From positions 1 to 60,071 of the forward strand of contig CAZEVM010000001.1 in NCBI GenBank assembly GCA_964515645.1: a stretch of 60,071 nucleotides of DNA, written 5' to 3'. This stretch comes from an uncultured Candidatus Peribacteria bacterium (GTDB taxonomy: Bacteria; Patescibacteriota; Gracilibacteria; Peribacterales; Peribacteraceae). Below are positions 28,240-36,971 of the stretch, piece after piece (the first letter of the stretch is position 1; each line of letters begins with the position of its first letter). A program made the translations under genes and the position numbers. The notes under the pieces were generated by a model. The model saw only the letters and a list, made by a program, of their open reading frames with translations, was not told the origin of the DNA and searched no databases.

Positions 28240-28247
28240 TCGCTTTC

Positions 28248-28583
28248 ATGCCCTGGACACCATATTTCGTTGGCGGCAAGGCGCATCCCGGAGTGGAGGT
28301 GGATGCCGATATTCTGTCGGGCGTTCCCGTCTTTTCTGCTCGAATCGCTCCTGGTGGCGGCACGCTGCCGCATCGTCATAGCGGCACCGAAACCATCAGC
28401 ATCCTTCAAGGAGAGGGGCGACTGACCGTCGGAGCCGTGGTTCGAGCGGTGGGACCGGGCGAGACCGTGGTCGTGCCAGCGCTGTCACTCCATCGCCTTG
28501 AGAATGTGGGTACCGACTTTTTAGTGGTATCGGCGCAGTTTGATCCTCCTTTCGCTCAGCAACGCACAACGTTCGATGTTTGA
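28248..28583 (+). CDS. cupin-domain protein
   Basis: ORF 28248..28583. GGGTLPHRHSGTETISILQGEG...GETVVVPALSLHRLEN is a cupin two-motif pattern. It starts 9 nt after tRNA-Ile. Confidence 0.7.
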   Translation: MPWTPYFVGGKAHPGVEVDADILSGVPVFSARIAPGGGTLPHRHSGTETISILQGEGRLTVGAVVRAVGPGETVVVPALSLHRLENVGTDFLVVSAQFDPPFAQQRTTFDV

Positions 28584-28607
28584 TTGTACGCGGAGTATCC
28601 TGACCAC

Positions 28608-28988
28608 ATGACCGACAAGCCTGATCTCAGTCATCTTACCAAGGAGCAGTACGACGTGACGCAGTGCTCGGCCACCGAGCCGGCCTTCACCGGCGAGTAT
28701 TGGAATGAGCACGCCGCCGGCACCTACAAGTGCGTGGTGTGCGGATACGATCTCTTCAAGAGTGACAATAAGTTCGACTCTGGCACCGGTTGGCCCAGCT
28801 TCGACCGCCCGGCTGAAGACGGCGCAGTGAAAGAGAAGGAGGACAACTCGCACGGTATGCGCCGCATCGAGACCATCTGTGGCAATTGCGGCGCTCATCT
28901 GGGGCATGTCTTCCCCGACGGTCCGCGCGAGACCACCGGCCAGCGCTTCTGCATCAACTCGGCGGCGCTGAAGCTGCAGAAATCCTGA
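28608..28988 (+). CDS. msrB: peptide-methionine (R)-S-oxide reductase
   Basis: ORF 28584..28988 (TTG). ATG 28608 preferred. CVVCGYDLF, GTGWPSF, CGNCGAHLGHVF, RFCINS. Confidence 0.92.
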   Translation: MTDKPDLSHLTKEQYDVTQCSATEPAFTGEYWNEHAAGTYKCVVCGYDLFKSDNKFDSGTGWPSFDRPAEDGAVKEKEDNSHGMRRIETICGNCGAHLGHVFPDGPRETTGQRFCINSAALKLQKS

Positions 28989-28992
28989 CATG

Positions 28993-29016
28993 CAAAAGAC
29001 CCGCCGGAGCGGGTCT
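28993..29016. terminator. bidirectional terminator (msrB / copA)
   Basis: AGACCCGC-CGGA-GCGGGTCT. The minus strand continues with TTTTG. Confidence 0.65.
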
Positions 29017-29030
29017 CTGCGTTGGCACAT

Positions 29031-32000
29031 TTAGTTTTTCTTCCAATCGAACGCTACGGTTATCACTGTTCCATTCAGTTGGAACTGTGTGAAAATGCGG
29101 TAGAAATCGTTTTCGGGCAAATGGGTGCGGAAGACGGGGTCGCCGGGCTCGTCGGACGGATGAGTGTGGATGAAGTCTCCTTGAGGCGAAACTAGCACGC
29201 TGTGTCCCGTGGCGCCCAGGTATTCCTCGGGCTTGACCATGTTTCCCTGCGTGTCGGTGAGGTGGTACGTGAAGGTGACTTCTTCCTCATCGACATGAGC
29301 ATTGAGCGTGATGCGATAGCCGTCGACGACTTTTTCGACGGCGCTGTCCTCCATTGGTGCAGGTGTCGGCGCCGTGCCGTACTGGCGATCGAAGCGGATG
29401 GTGTAGGTGCCGCCATCACGGTCGACGAAGTCGGCGTACATCCAGTACGTGCCATCTGTGGGAGGTGTGTACGCCACACGCCAAACACCGTCGCTGCCGC
29501 GCTCGGGGTGCAAGTGCTGGAAGAACCGCAAGTCCGAGCGGACCACGATGGCATGCATCTGCTTCGTATGGGAGATGCCGATCTCGGCAAAGTCTTTTTC
29601 CCCTTCTCGTAGCGCAAAGGCAATGGTGCCCGATCCGCTCAAGTCGCGGAGATAGAGGTTGTGCGTGCCACGAGCGGTCATGGCGATGGCGGCGTGTTCA
29701 TCTTCCTCTTCTCCTTCGTCGTCGTGCGGCACGGCATTCGGATCGAGGCAACGCACGGTGGGATCGGCGATGCAGTTTTCAGTCGGCGGCAGGCCGCGGC
29801 TCGGGCAGGTGCGGGAATAGAGGCAGGCCTCATCGGTCACCTGGATCCAATCTCCTTCCGGCAATGAATTAGCCGGGCCGTAACTGAGGAGGATCTTGTC
29901 CAAGTCTTGGAAGACGTACGACAGGTCAAAGTCGCGCTCGCCACCGTTCACGACCATGCGCCAGGCCTTCCCGTTGCCGTCGCAGACTGGGACGCCGTCC
30001 AGGGTGAGGCAGCGTCGATTCGGCGTGATGCCGATCGAGCCGAGGAAGTCGGCGAGCCCAATGCCGGGCTTGTGGCGGTGGATGACGTCGCCGTTCCCGT
30101 CGTGCAGGTGGAAGGCCGGGTGGAGGATCTTCTCCTCGGTCGACATGTAACGGGGATCCGAAAGATTAATCTTTTTACCGTCGACGACGATGGCGAAATC
30201 GGCGTGGGTGTGGCTCGGATCGGGGTTGACGGCGGTTTGCGCCGCTTCAGTGCTCAGACGGGTAAAGAAGATGAAGAGCAACGTGAAGCCGATCGCCATA
30301 ATTGCCGGGGCCATGTCCGAGAGCCAGTCGCGGCGACGCGGGTCGAAGCGCTTGAGGAGGAGTGAGTTCGTCACCACCGACACCGAGCTGAAGGCCATGG
30401 CTAGGCCAGCGAGCTCGGGGCGCAGAACAATGCCCCAAGCGGCGAAGAGTCGGGCCGCCACGGGAATGCCGATGACGTTGAAGAAGAGCGCGAAGAACAT
30501 GTTTTGCTTGATCTTCCTCACCGCCGCCCGACTGAGGGCGATCGCCGAGACGACGTCGCGCAGATCGTTCTTCACCAGCACGATGCCGCCGGTTTCCATG
30601 GCGATGTCGGTGCCGTTCCCCATGGTGATGCCCAGATCGGCCTGGGCCAAGGCGGGACTGTCGTTGATCCCATCCCCGACCATTGCCACGCGGGCCCCCT
30701 GCTCCTGGAGCTTCTTGATCTCCGCTGCCTTTTGCTCGGGCAGCACGTCCGCAAGTACATGCGCAATGCCGGCCTGCCTGGCGATCGCTTCGGCCGTGCG
30801 GCGATTATCACCGGTGAGCATGTAGGCCTCGAGTCCCTGTGCGCGCAGCGTGAAAATGGCTTCCTTCGTCGATGGCTTGATGGTGTCGGCAGCAGCGATG
30901 AGACCGAGGACGGTCGTGTTCGCGGCGAGGACCATGACGGTCTTGCCTTGCTCCTCGAGAGCGGTCATTTGGCCCTCAATCGGCGCGCTATCAATATGTC
31001 GGGCGGCCAGGATCTTGCGGTTGCCGAGCGCGTAGGTCGTGCTGTCGATAACGGCCTCGATGCCGTGGCCCGGGATGGCGCGGAAGGCGGTGGCTTTGAG
31101 TTCGGGCAATCCCTTGGCGCGCGCGAGGATGCTTTCGGCCAGCGGATGCTCCGAGCCACGCTCGAGAGCGGCGGCGATGCGGAGGAGCTCGTCCGCTGAT
31201 CCCGAGAGTGCCACGATGTCCGTCACCACAGGCTTGCCATGAGTCAGCGTGCCGGTCTTATCGAAGACGATGGCGTTGAGGGCGTTGGCGGCTTCCAGTG
31301 GCTCTCCGCCGCGGATGAGAATGCCGTGCTCGGCGCCTTTGCCTGTCGCCACCATGATGCTGGTCGGCGTCGCTAAGCCCATCGCGCACGGGCAGGCGAT
31401 GACAATGACGGACACAAAGGCGAGCAAGGCGTACGTGAGCCCTGCCCCGGCCAGCCACCAGCCGACGAAGGTAGCGGTGGCCACCACCAGGACGGCCGGC
31501 ACGAACCAGCCGGAGATGCGGTCGGCCAAAGCTTGGATCGGCGCCTTGGATCCTTGGGCGTCTTCCACGAAGCGGATGATGCGCGAGAGAGCGCTATCGG
31601 CCCCTAGTTTTTCCGCGCGCACCTCCAGGCTGCCGTTCACGTTCATCGTGGCGCCGAAGACGCGGCTTTTCTCGTTTTTTTCGACGGGCATGCTTTCGCC
31701 TGTCAGCATCGACTCATCGACCGACGAGTGTCCGGCGACGACGATGCCGTCGACGGGAATCTTTTCTCCCGGGCGAACAAGAACGATGTTGCCCACGCGC
31801 ACTTGCTCGATCGGCAGGTCGACGTCGGCGCCGTCGCGGCGGACGCGGGCCGTTCTGGCCTGCAGGCCCATGAGCTTTTGGATGGATTCGCTCGTGCGTC
31901 CTTTCGCGCTGGCCTCCAACCACTTTCCCAAGAGAACGAATGTGATGAGGAGTGCAGCCACTTCAAAATAGAGATGCTCGATCATCCCGATGATTGAGCT

Positions 32001-32558
32001 GTGCTCAATAACGTGTGCGGCGAGGTTCCAGAGACTGTAGAAGTACGCCGTGCTCGTGCCGATGGCGATGAGGCTATCCATGCCGAATGTGCCCAGGCGC
32101 AGGCTGCTCCAGAAGCCCTTGTAGAAGCCACGACCCAGCCAGAACTGCACAGGCGTGGCTAACATGAGCGACGTGATGCCCATCCAGGGCATGAGTGCCT
32201 CTGTGGCGGTTGCGTTCGGGAAAAACGACAAAACCATGAAGGCCAGGAGCGGTAGACTCAGGCTGAGCGCGACGAAGAAGGAGCGTCGATAGGTGCGGAT
32301 TTCTTCCTCGCGGCGCTTCTTCTCCTGTTCACGATCGCTCTCGTTCGCGACGGTGGCCGCGTAGCCAGCCGACTCTACGGCGGCGATGAGGCCCCGTTCG
32401 TCGACGAGCGTGTGGTCGTAGTTGATCCGCGCTTTGTTGGCGCCGTAGTTGACGTTGGCGTCGGCCACGCCAGGCGTCTTCTTTAGTTTCCTGGTGATGA
32501 GCGCGGCGCAGCTGGCGCAGTGCATGCCGGTGATGGAGAGGGTGGTTTGCGAGCTCAT
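29031..32558 (-). CDS. copA: copper-translocating P1B-type ATPase fused to a ~430-aa extra C-terminal region
   Basis: ORF 29031..32558. [37 protein letters not shown]. After the canonical end (LLLKRF) there is an extra TM helix and a His/Cys-rich region. Confidence 0.93.
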   Translation of the reverse strand: MSSQTTLSITGMHCASCAALITRKLKKTPGVADANVNYGANKARINYDHTLVDERGLIAAVESAGYAATVANESDREQEKKRREEEIRTYRRSFFVALSLSLPLLAFMVLSFFPNATATEALMPWMGITSLMLATPVQFWLGRGFYKGFWSSLRLGTFGMDSLIAIGTSTAYFYSLWNLAAHVIEHSSIIGMIEHLYFEVAALLITFVLLGKWLEASAKGRTSESIQKLMGLQARTARVRRDGADVDLPIEQVRVGNIVLVRPGEKIPVDGIVVAGHSSVDESMLTGESMPVEKNEKSRVFGATMNVNGSLEVRAEKLGADSALSRIIRFVEDAQGSKAPIQALADRISGWFVPAVLVVATATFVGWWLAGAGLTYALLAFVSVIVIACPCAMGLATPTSIMVATGKGAEHGILIRGGEPLEAANALNAIVFDKTGTLTHGKPVVTDIVALSGSADELLRIAAALERGSEHPLAESILARAKGLPELKATAFRAIPGHGIEAVIDSTTYALGNRKILAARHIDSAPIEGQMTALEEQGKTVMVLAANTTVLGLIAAADTIKPSTKEAIFTLRAQGLEAYMLTGDNRRTAEAIARQAGIAHVLADVLPEQKAAEIKKLQEQGARVAMVGDGINDSPALAQADLGITMGNGTDIAMETGGIVLVKNDLRDVVSAIALSRAAVRKIKQNMFFALFFNVIGIPVAARLFAAWGIVLRPELAGLAMAFSSVSVVTNSLLLKRFDPRRRDWLSDMAPAIMAIGFTLLFIFFTRLSTEAAQTAVNPDPSHTHADFAIVVDGKKINLSDPRYMSTEEKILHPAFHLHDGNGDVIHRHKPGIGLADFLGSIGITPNRRCLTLDGVPVCDGNGKAWRMVVNGGERDFDLSYVFQDLDKILLSYGPANSLPEGDWIQVTDEACLYSRTCPSRGLPPTENCIADPTVRCLDPNAVPHDDEGEEEDEHAAIAMTARGTHNLYLRDLSGSGTIAFALREGEKDFAEIGISHTKQMHAIVVRSDLRFFQHLHPERGSDGVWRVAYTPPTDGTYWMYADFVDRDGGTYTIRFDRQYGTAPTPAPMEDSAVEKVVDGYRITLNAHVDEEEVTFTYHLTDTQGNMVKPEEYLGATGHSVLVSPQGDFIHTHPSDEPGDPVFRTHLPENDFYRIFTQFQLNGTVITVAFDWKKN

Positions 32559-32770
32559 GCGACGGGGTGAACGACGTACTGCGGATTGACCGCTGCGAGT
32601 TCTTGGGACCAGTGGGCCAGGTCCAGGTTGTTGTCATGCTCGATCGTGACGCGTTTGGTCTCAATGTCGACATCAACAGAAGTGATCGCGGGAAAGTCGC
32701 TGCTCACGTCTTTGATGAGCGCGGCGCAGCTCGGGCAATGGATGCCGGGGATGGAAACGATGGTCTGCAT
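32555..32770 (-). CDS. copZ: heavy-metal-associated (CopZ-like) metallochaperone
   Basis: ORF 32555..32770. GIHCPSC motif. ATGA overlap with the copA start. Confidence 0.85.
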   Translation of the reverse strand: MQTIVSIPGIHCPSCAALIKDVSSDFPAITSVDVDIETKRVTIEHDNNLDLAHWSQELAAVNPQYVVHPVA

Positions 32771-32776
32771 GGCGGC

Positions 32777-33211
32777 TTAGAGAACGTGGAAGGTGCCGCG
32801 GACCATGCCCATGGAGCACATGAAGGCGAGCGAGCCTTTTTTTGGCGCCGTAAATTCGATGACGTTCTCACCGGCCTTGAGTGGTTGTGAAATGTTCAGG
32901 CTCGGGATTGTCATTATGCTCGTGCAGCCGCTGGCGTCGGTGCCATCAACTTTCCAGCGCACCGGAACACCGGCCTTGATGGTCAGATCGGACGGAATAT
33001 AGCCATTTCCCGTGACAGTCATTGCCACTTCTTGCACGCCGTTTTTCGTGGTGGCGCTGACGGAGTCGCTATTCGAGAAAAAGCTTGAAAGGTCAGTGCC
33101 GGTAAAAAAGAAGCCGAGTGTGACAACGACTAAGACACCGAAGACACCCTGCCAAAGACGGTTTTGGCTGGATTGACGCGGAGTTTGATCGTTCCATTGG
33201 AGGGTATTCAT
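32777..33211 (-). CDS. membrane-anchored cupredoxin-like protein
   Basis: Distal 144 aa of ORF 32777..33391, from MNTLQWND. TM anchor. GYIPSDLTIKAGVPVRWKV...GCTS...FMCSMGMVRGTFHV is a cupredoxin_1-like pattern common in cop operons. Confidence 0.7.
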   Translation of the reverse strand: MNTLQWNDQTPRQSSQNRLWQGVFGVLVVVTLGFFFTGTDLSSFFSNSDSVSATTKNGVQEVAMTVTGNGYIPSDLTIKAGVPVRWKVDGTDASGCTSIMTIPSLNISQPLKAGENVIEFTAPKKGSLAFMCSMGMVRGTFHVL

Positions 33212-33227
33212 AGATGGAGAGAAGGAA

Positions 33228-34253
33228 TTAGAAGCCGGCCAAGGCGAGGCCGTTTCGCAGATTGTAGAGAGCAAGGACGAACACGAGCGTGCCCGAAAAG
33301 CGCAGGAAAAGACGGCCGAAGGTGCCTGTGGCCGCCGACGAGACGGCGCTGAGTCCAAGAAGCGACGGGAGTGTGCCGAGCGAGAAGACACCCATCATCA
33401 AGGCGCCGGTGACGACGCTTCCCGAGGCAAGAGCGGCAAATTGCAGCGACTGCGTAAAGCCGCAGGGCAGGAAGAACGTAAGGGCGCCCAAGGTGAAAGG
33501 TGCGCCCGGATGTGAGCTTTCGGACAGGCCTGCAATCCAGCGTGAGAGCGCCTTAGGCGGCCGAATGGGGAAACTGCCGGGGCGGATGAAGCCCAGGATT
33601 GAGAGGGCGAGATAGAGCATCACCAGGGAGATGATGATGTTCATGAACCCACTCATACGCGCCGAGAGCGTGATGGTTTGGCCGAGCGCGCCGACGAGGC
33701 CGCCCAGGACGAAGTATGAAACGATGCGGCCCACGTTGAAATGCAGGAGCGGTTGGAACTTGTGCCAACGATTTGTCGCCGGGTGGAGCTCGTGATGCTT
33801 GGCAGCCAATGCCACCAGTAGGCCACCTGTGACAGCGAGACAGCTCGAGGTACCGGCGACGAGACCGATGAGGAAGACTCCGCCGAGTGAAAGCGTGTCG
33901 GAGGTGGAAGGGGCTAATGAGACGAGATCGAGCGCTCCGAGCACGCGCGACAACACCAGGATGACCGCCAGGCACAGCCCAATCTCCAGCCATTTGCGCG
34001 CGTCTTGGCTTGTCGGGTTCTTCGGGCCCGAGCCATTGACGATCTCATACCCCGCGTCCTTCACGGCGGCTGAAATGCTGTCGTAGCTGGGCGGAGCTTC
34101 GGACGACGACACGATCGTGGCCACGCCGGTGCGGTGATCGACATCCACACGGTCCACGCCCGCCACGTGCTTAAGCTTTCGCTCCAGGAGGAGTTCGCAG
34201 CTGGCGCAGGTCATTCCGCCGATGCAGACGGTCGCGGTGCGTTCGTGAGACAT
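33228..34253 (-). CDS. HMA domain fused to DsbD_2/TauE-like membrane protein
   Basis: ORF 33228..34253. GGMTCASC HMA domain at the N-terminus, then about 6 TM with GTSSCLAVTGG and FFLPCGFTQ motifs. Confidence 0.75.
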   Translation of the reverse strand: MSHERTATVCIGGMTCASCELLLERKLKHVAGVDRVDVDHRTGVATIVSSSEAPPSYDSISAAVKDAGYEIVNGSGPKNPTSQDARKWLEIGLCLAVILVLSRVLGALDLVSLAPSTSDTLSLGGVFLIGLVAGTSSCLAVTGGLLVALAAKHHELHPATNRWHKFQPLLHFNVGRIVSYFVLGGLVGALGQTITLSARMSGFMNIIISLVMLYLALSILGFIRPGSFPIRPPKALSRWIAGLSESSHPGAPFTLGALTFFLPCGFTQSLQFAALASGSVVTGALMMGVFSLGTLPSLLGLSAVSSAATGTFGRLFLRFSGTLVFVLALYNLRNGLALAGF

Positions 34254-34312
34254 AGAAAAGCAGGATAAAAAGATAATAAACGATCCGCCCCCTTGTCGGA
34301 GGATCTTTCTCT

Positions 34313-34747
34313 TTATTCTCGACGAACCTGCAGGGCTACTAGTGATTGGTCAACCTGCGGCGGAGTGACTGCAACGCATGGTTGTATTTGGGCATTGCTC
34401 GGCGCCAACGGGATTCCTGCACTCCAGGCGACTTGTTCTCCGTCCTGCAGTTTTGGTGCCAGGTTGGTCGCGAGGGAGTATCCTGCACTGAGACAGTGAC
34501 CTTCATGGCAGGGCGTTGCCGACTCGATACCGACAGACTCATGCTTCGGTTGAATGACGATGCAGCCGTCGCACTCCGTCAACGATATCGGCTGGAGTGG
34601 AGTCATCACTTGTTCCATCGATTCTTCGTGGTGGGCGTGCTGGTCGTGCGCTGTCCCCTCCTCCGCATAGGCAGGCAGCGTCATACAAAAATGGCCCAGA
34701 ATCACTTGGGCGGCCACCATGAGCGCCGGTAGAGTCTTGGTTCGCAT
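34313..34747 (-). CDS. secreted His/Cys-rich protein, unknown function
   Basis: ORF 34313..34747. Signal peptide ending PAYA. AHDQHAHHEE, CDGC and CHEGHC motifs. First gene of the copper cluster. Confidence 0.5.
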   Translation of the reverse strand: MRTKTLPALMVAAQVILGHFCMTLPAYAEEGTAHDQHAHHEESMEQVMTPLQPISLTECDGCIVIQPKHESVGIESATPCHEGHCLSAGYSLATNLAPKLQDGEQVAWSAGIPLAPSNAQIQPCVAVTPPQVDQSLVALQVRRE

Positions 34748-34806
34748 CGCGGCCGTTAGTATATGTGTACATCGGCGTTTTCTCCAGTTTTGTCGGTGTT
34801 GTTATC

Positions 34807-34836
34807 TATTGCAAATATTTTGCAATACGATACACT
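34807..34836 (+). promoter_or_regulatory. putative Zur/Fur-type operator overlapping the zur promoter
   Basis: Perfect 9-3-9 palindrome TATTGCAAA-TAT-TTTGCAATA (34807-34827) overlaps -35 TTGCAA. The -10 TACACT (34831-34836) ends 7 nt before ATG 34844. Confidence 0.6.
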
Positions 34837-34843
34837 GACGCAG

Positions 34844-35266
34844 ATGATGACATCTGTTGCACTTTCGGCCATGAGGGCTGCCGGCTTGAAGGAAACGCTC
34901 CCTCGCCGGGCGGTTGTGGAAGCATTGGCAACGCTCAGTAAGCCGGCTACCCCCGCTCAGATCGCTGCCACCACTGCGAAGCGCAAGACACCGGTGAACT
35001 TGGTCACGGTGTATCGAATTGTAGAAGCACTGGAGCCTTTGGGCATTGTGCACCGTCATCCGTGCAGCGGTGCTTTTTCTCTGTGCCAGCTCGATTCCGT
35101 CGCCGGCCATCATGGTTTTTTGCACTGCCACGATTGCGGTAAGACGGAGGAGTTTCAGAGCGAGGAATTATGTTCTCTGGAGAAGTCGATTGCCGGCCGC
35201 GCCGGTTTTTTATCGCAGTCGCACGTCGCCGAGATTGTCGGTGTTTGCCGCCACTGCCGTTCCTAA
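34844..35266 (+). CDS. zur: Fur-family metalloregulator (probable Zur)
   Basis: Distal part of ORF 34763..35266 from MMTSV. Winged-helix N-terminus, HHGFLHCHDCGKTEEF and CRHC metal sites. First gene of the znu operon. Confidence 0.85.
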   Translation: MMTSVALSAMRAAGLKETLPRRAVVEALATLSKPATPAQIAATTAKRKTPVNLVTVYRIVEALEPLGIVHRHPCSGAFSLCQLDSVAGHHGFLHCHDCGKTEEFQSEELCSLEKSIAGRAGFLSQSHVAEIVGVCRHCRS

Positions 35267-35271
35267 ATGCT

Positions 35272-36189
35272 ATGAAGTATTTCTCTGCTTTCTTTCTGTC
35301 TGCGCTGCTTGCGGCGTGCGCTGCCAATCCGACGGCCAGCGATGAGCCGACCGTGGTCGCCAGCATTTATCCGTTGGGCTATGCGGCTGAGCAGGTGCTC
35401 GGAGCGGACGCGTCCGTCGCCGTGGTCACCCCAGCCGGCGCTGAGCCACATGAGTTTGAGCCTTCGCCTGGCCAGATCGCAGCCGCTTTGGAGGCCGATC
35501 TCTTCGTCTACAACGGTGGCGGCATCGATGCCTGGGGCGACGATATTGCCGCTGAGCGTACGCGTGACGGCAAGCAATCCATTCAGGCGCTCGGTCTGTA
35601 CGGCAAGCTCTTGCCTGCCGATAGTCATCGTTCAGAGTTCGTCTCGAGCGATGAGGCCATTGCCTTCGATCCCCATATCTGGCTGGATCCGGATCGCCTC
35701 TCCACTGCCGGCGCGCTCATTGCCTCGAAGATGAGCGATATCGATCCTGAGCATGAGAACGAGTATCTTGATCGCTTTGAACAATTTTCAAGTGAGATGA
35801 CGGCACTCGGTCAGAGTTATGCGGAGGGGCTTCGCGATTGCGAGCTTCATGACATCATTGTGTCACACGGTGCCTACCGTTATTTGGCTGCACGCTTTGG
35901 CTTTAACGTATTGATGTTGGGTGGTTTGTCGCCTGAAGATGAGGGGTCTCTCTCCAACATCGTTGCTATTGAGCAGCTCGCGAAGCAACGTGGCATCAGA
36001 GATGTGTTTGCTGAATCAGAGGTAGGCGTTGCCGATCTTGAAGGCATCGCTCGGGACCTCGGCGGCACGGTGCGGATTTTGAATCCGATCGAAAGCGCCA
36101 CTCCTGAGCAGCTTGCCGGTGGCGAAGACTATCGAGTGATGATGGAATCCAATCTTGCATCCCTTCGCGCCGCTCTTCAATGCCGCTGA
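35272..36189 (+). CDS. znuA: zinc/manganese ABC transporter substrate-binding lipoprotein (TroA/ZnuA family)
   Basis: Distal part of ORF 35170..36189 from MKYFSAFFLSALLAAC (lipobox). SIYPLGY, EPHEFEPSP, DPHIWLDP. Confidence 0.85.
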   Translation: MKYFSAFFLSALLAACAANPTASDEPTVVASIYPLGYAAEQVLGADASVAVVTPAGAEPHEFEPSPGQIAAALEADLFVYNGGGIDAWGDDIAAERTRDGKQSIQALGLYGKLLPADSHRSEFVSSDEAIAFDPHIWLDPDRLSTAGALIASKMSDIDPEHENEYLDRFEQFSSEMTALGQSYAEGLRDCELHDIIVSHGAYRYLAARFGFNVLMLGGLSPEDEGSLSNIVAIEQLAKQRGIRDVFAESEVGVADLEGIARDLGGTVRILNPIESATPEQLAGGEDYRVMMESNLASLRAALQCR

Positions 36190-36971
36190 CGAAGCCTGTC
36201 ATTGCGGCTGAGAATTTGTCCTTTGGTTATAAAGGTAAAGATGACGTGCTCCAGGATGTGACGTTCAGCATCGAGTCTGGTGCGTATGTCGGTCTCATTG
36301 GTCCAAACGGCGGCGGCAAGACAACGCTCTTGAGGGTACTGCTTGGACAGCTCACACCGTCGAGTGGATCCATTTCCATCTTCGGGTTATCTCCGCGCCA
36401 TGCCGCGCAGCACCGCTACATCGGTTACGTGCAGCAACGCGTGATGAGCCAGGATGTCATCTTGCCCCTGACCGTCCGCGAGCTCGTGTTGAATGCTGCG
36501 CTCTTGCCTGGACTGGCAATCTTTTCCGGTGCAAGTCGCAAGCGTACGGCAGTGAACCGTGTTTTTGAGCAACTTGGTATTACCCACCTGGCTGATCGTC
36601 TTCTTTCCTCTCTTTCTGGTGGCGAACGTCAACGAGCCTTCATTGCCCGCGCACTCGTGAACCAGCCGCGCTTGCTCATTCTCGATGAGCCCACCACGGG
36701 CGTCGACCCCAAGACACGTGAAGAGTTCCACGAGCTCCTTGCGAGTATTCATCGTTCGGGCGTGACCCTGCTCTATGTCTCGCACGATACTGATGTGATC
36801 GCGAAATATGCGACACACCTGCTCTGCCTCAATAAGACGCTCGACAAGAGCTGCAGCCCACAAGAGTTGGCGAAGAATCCAAACCTGAACAAGCTCTACG
36901 GCGAAACGATGACGCACGTGCATCATCACCACCATCATCACCACCACGGCCATGCACACGATGCTCTGTAA
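36180..36971 (+). CDS. znuC: zinc ABC transporter ATP-binding protein with poly-His tail
   Basis: ORF 36180..36971. GPNGGGKTT, LSGGERQR, LILDEPT. C-terminus HVHHHHHHHHHGHAHDAL. Confidence 0.9.
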   Translation: MPLTKPVIAAENLSFGYKGKDDVLQDVTFSIESGAYVGLIGPNGGGKTTLLRVLLGQLTPSSGSISIFGLSPRHAAQHRYIGYVQQRVMSQDVILPLTVRELVLNAALLPGLAIFSGASRKRTAVNRVFEQLGITHLADRLLSSLSGGERQRAFIARALVNQPRLLILDEPTTGVDPKTREEFHELLASIHRSGVTLLYVSHDTDVIAKYATHLLCLNKTLDKSCSPQELAKNPNLNKLYGETMTHVHHHHHHHHHGHAHDAL

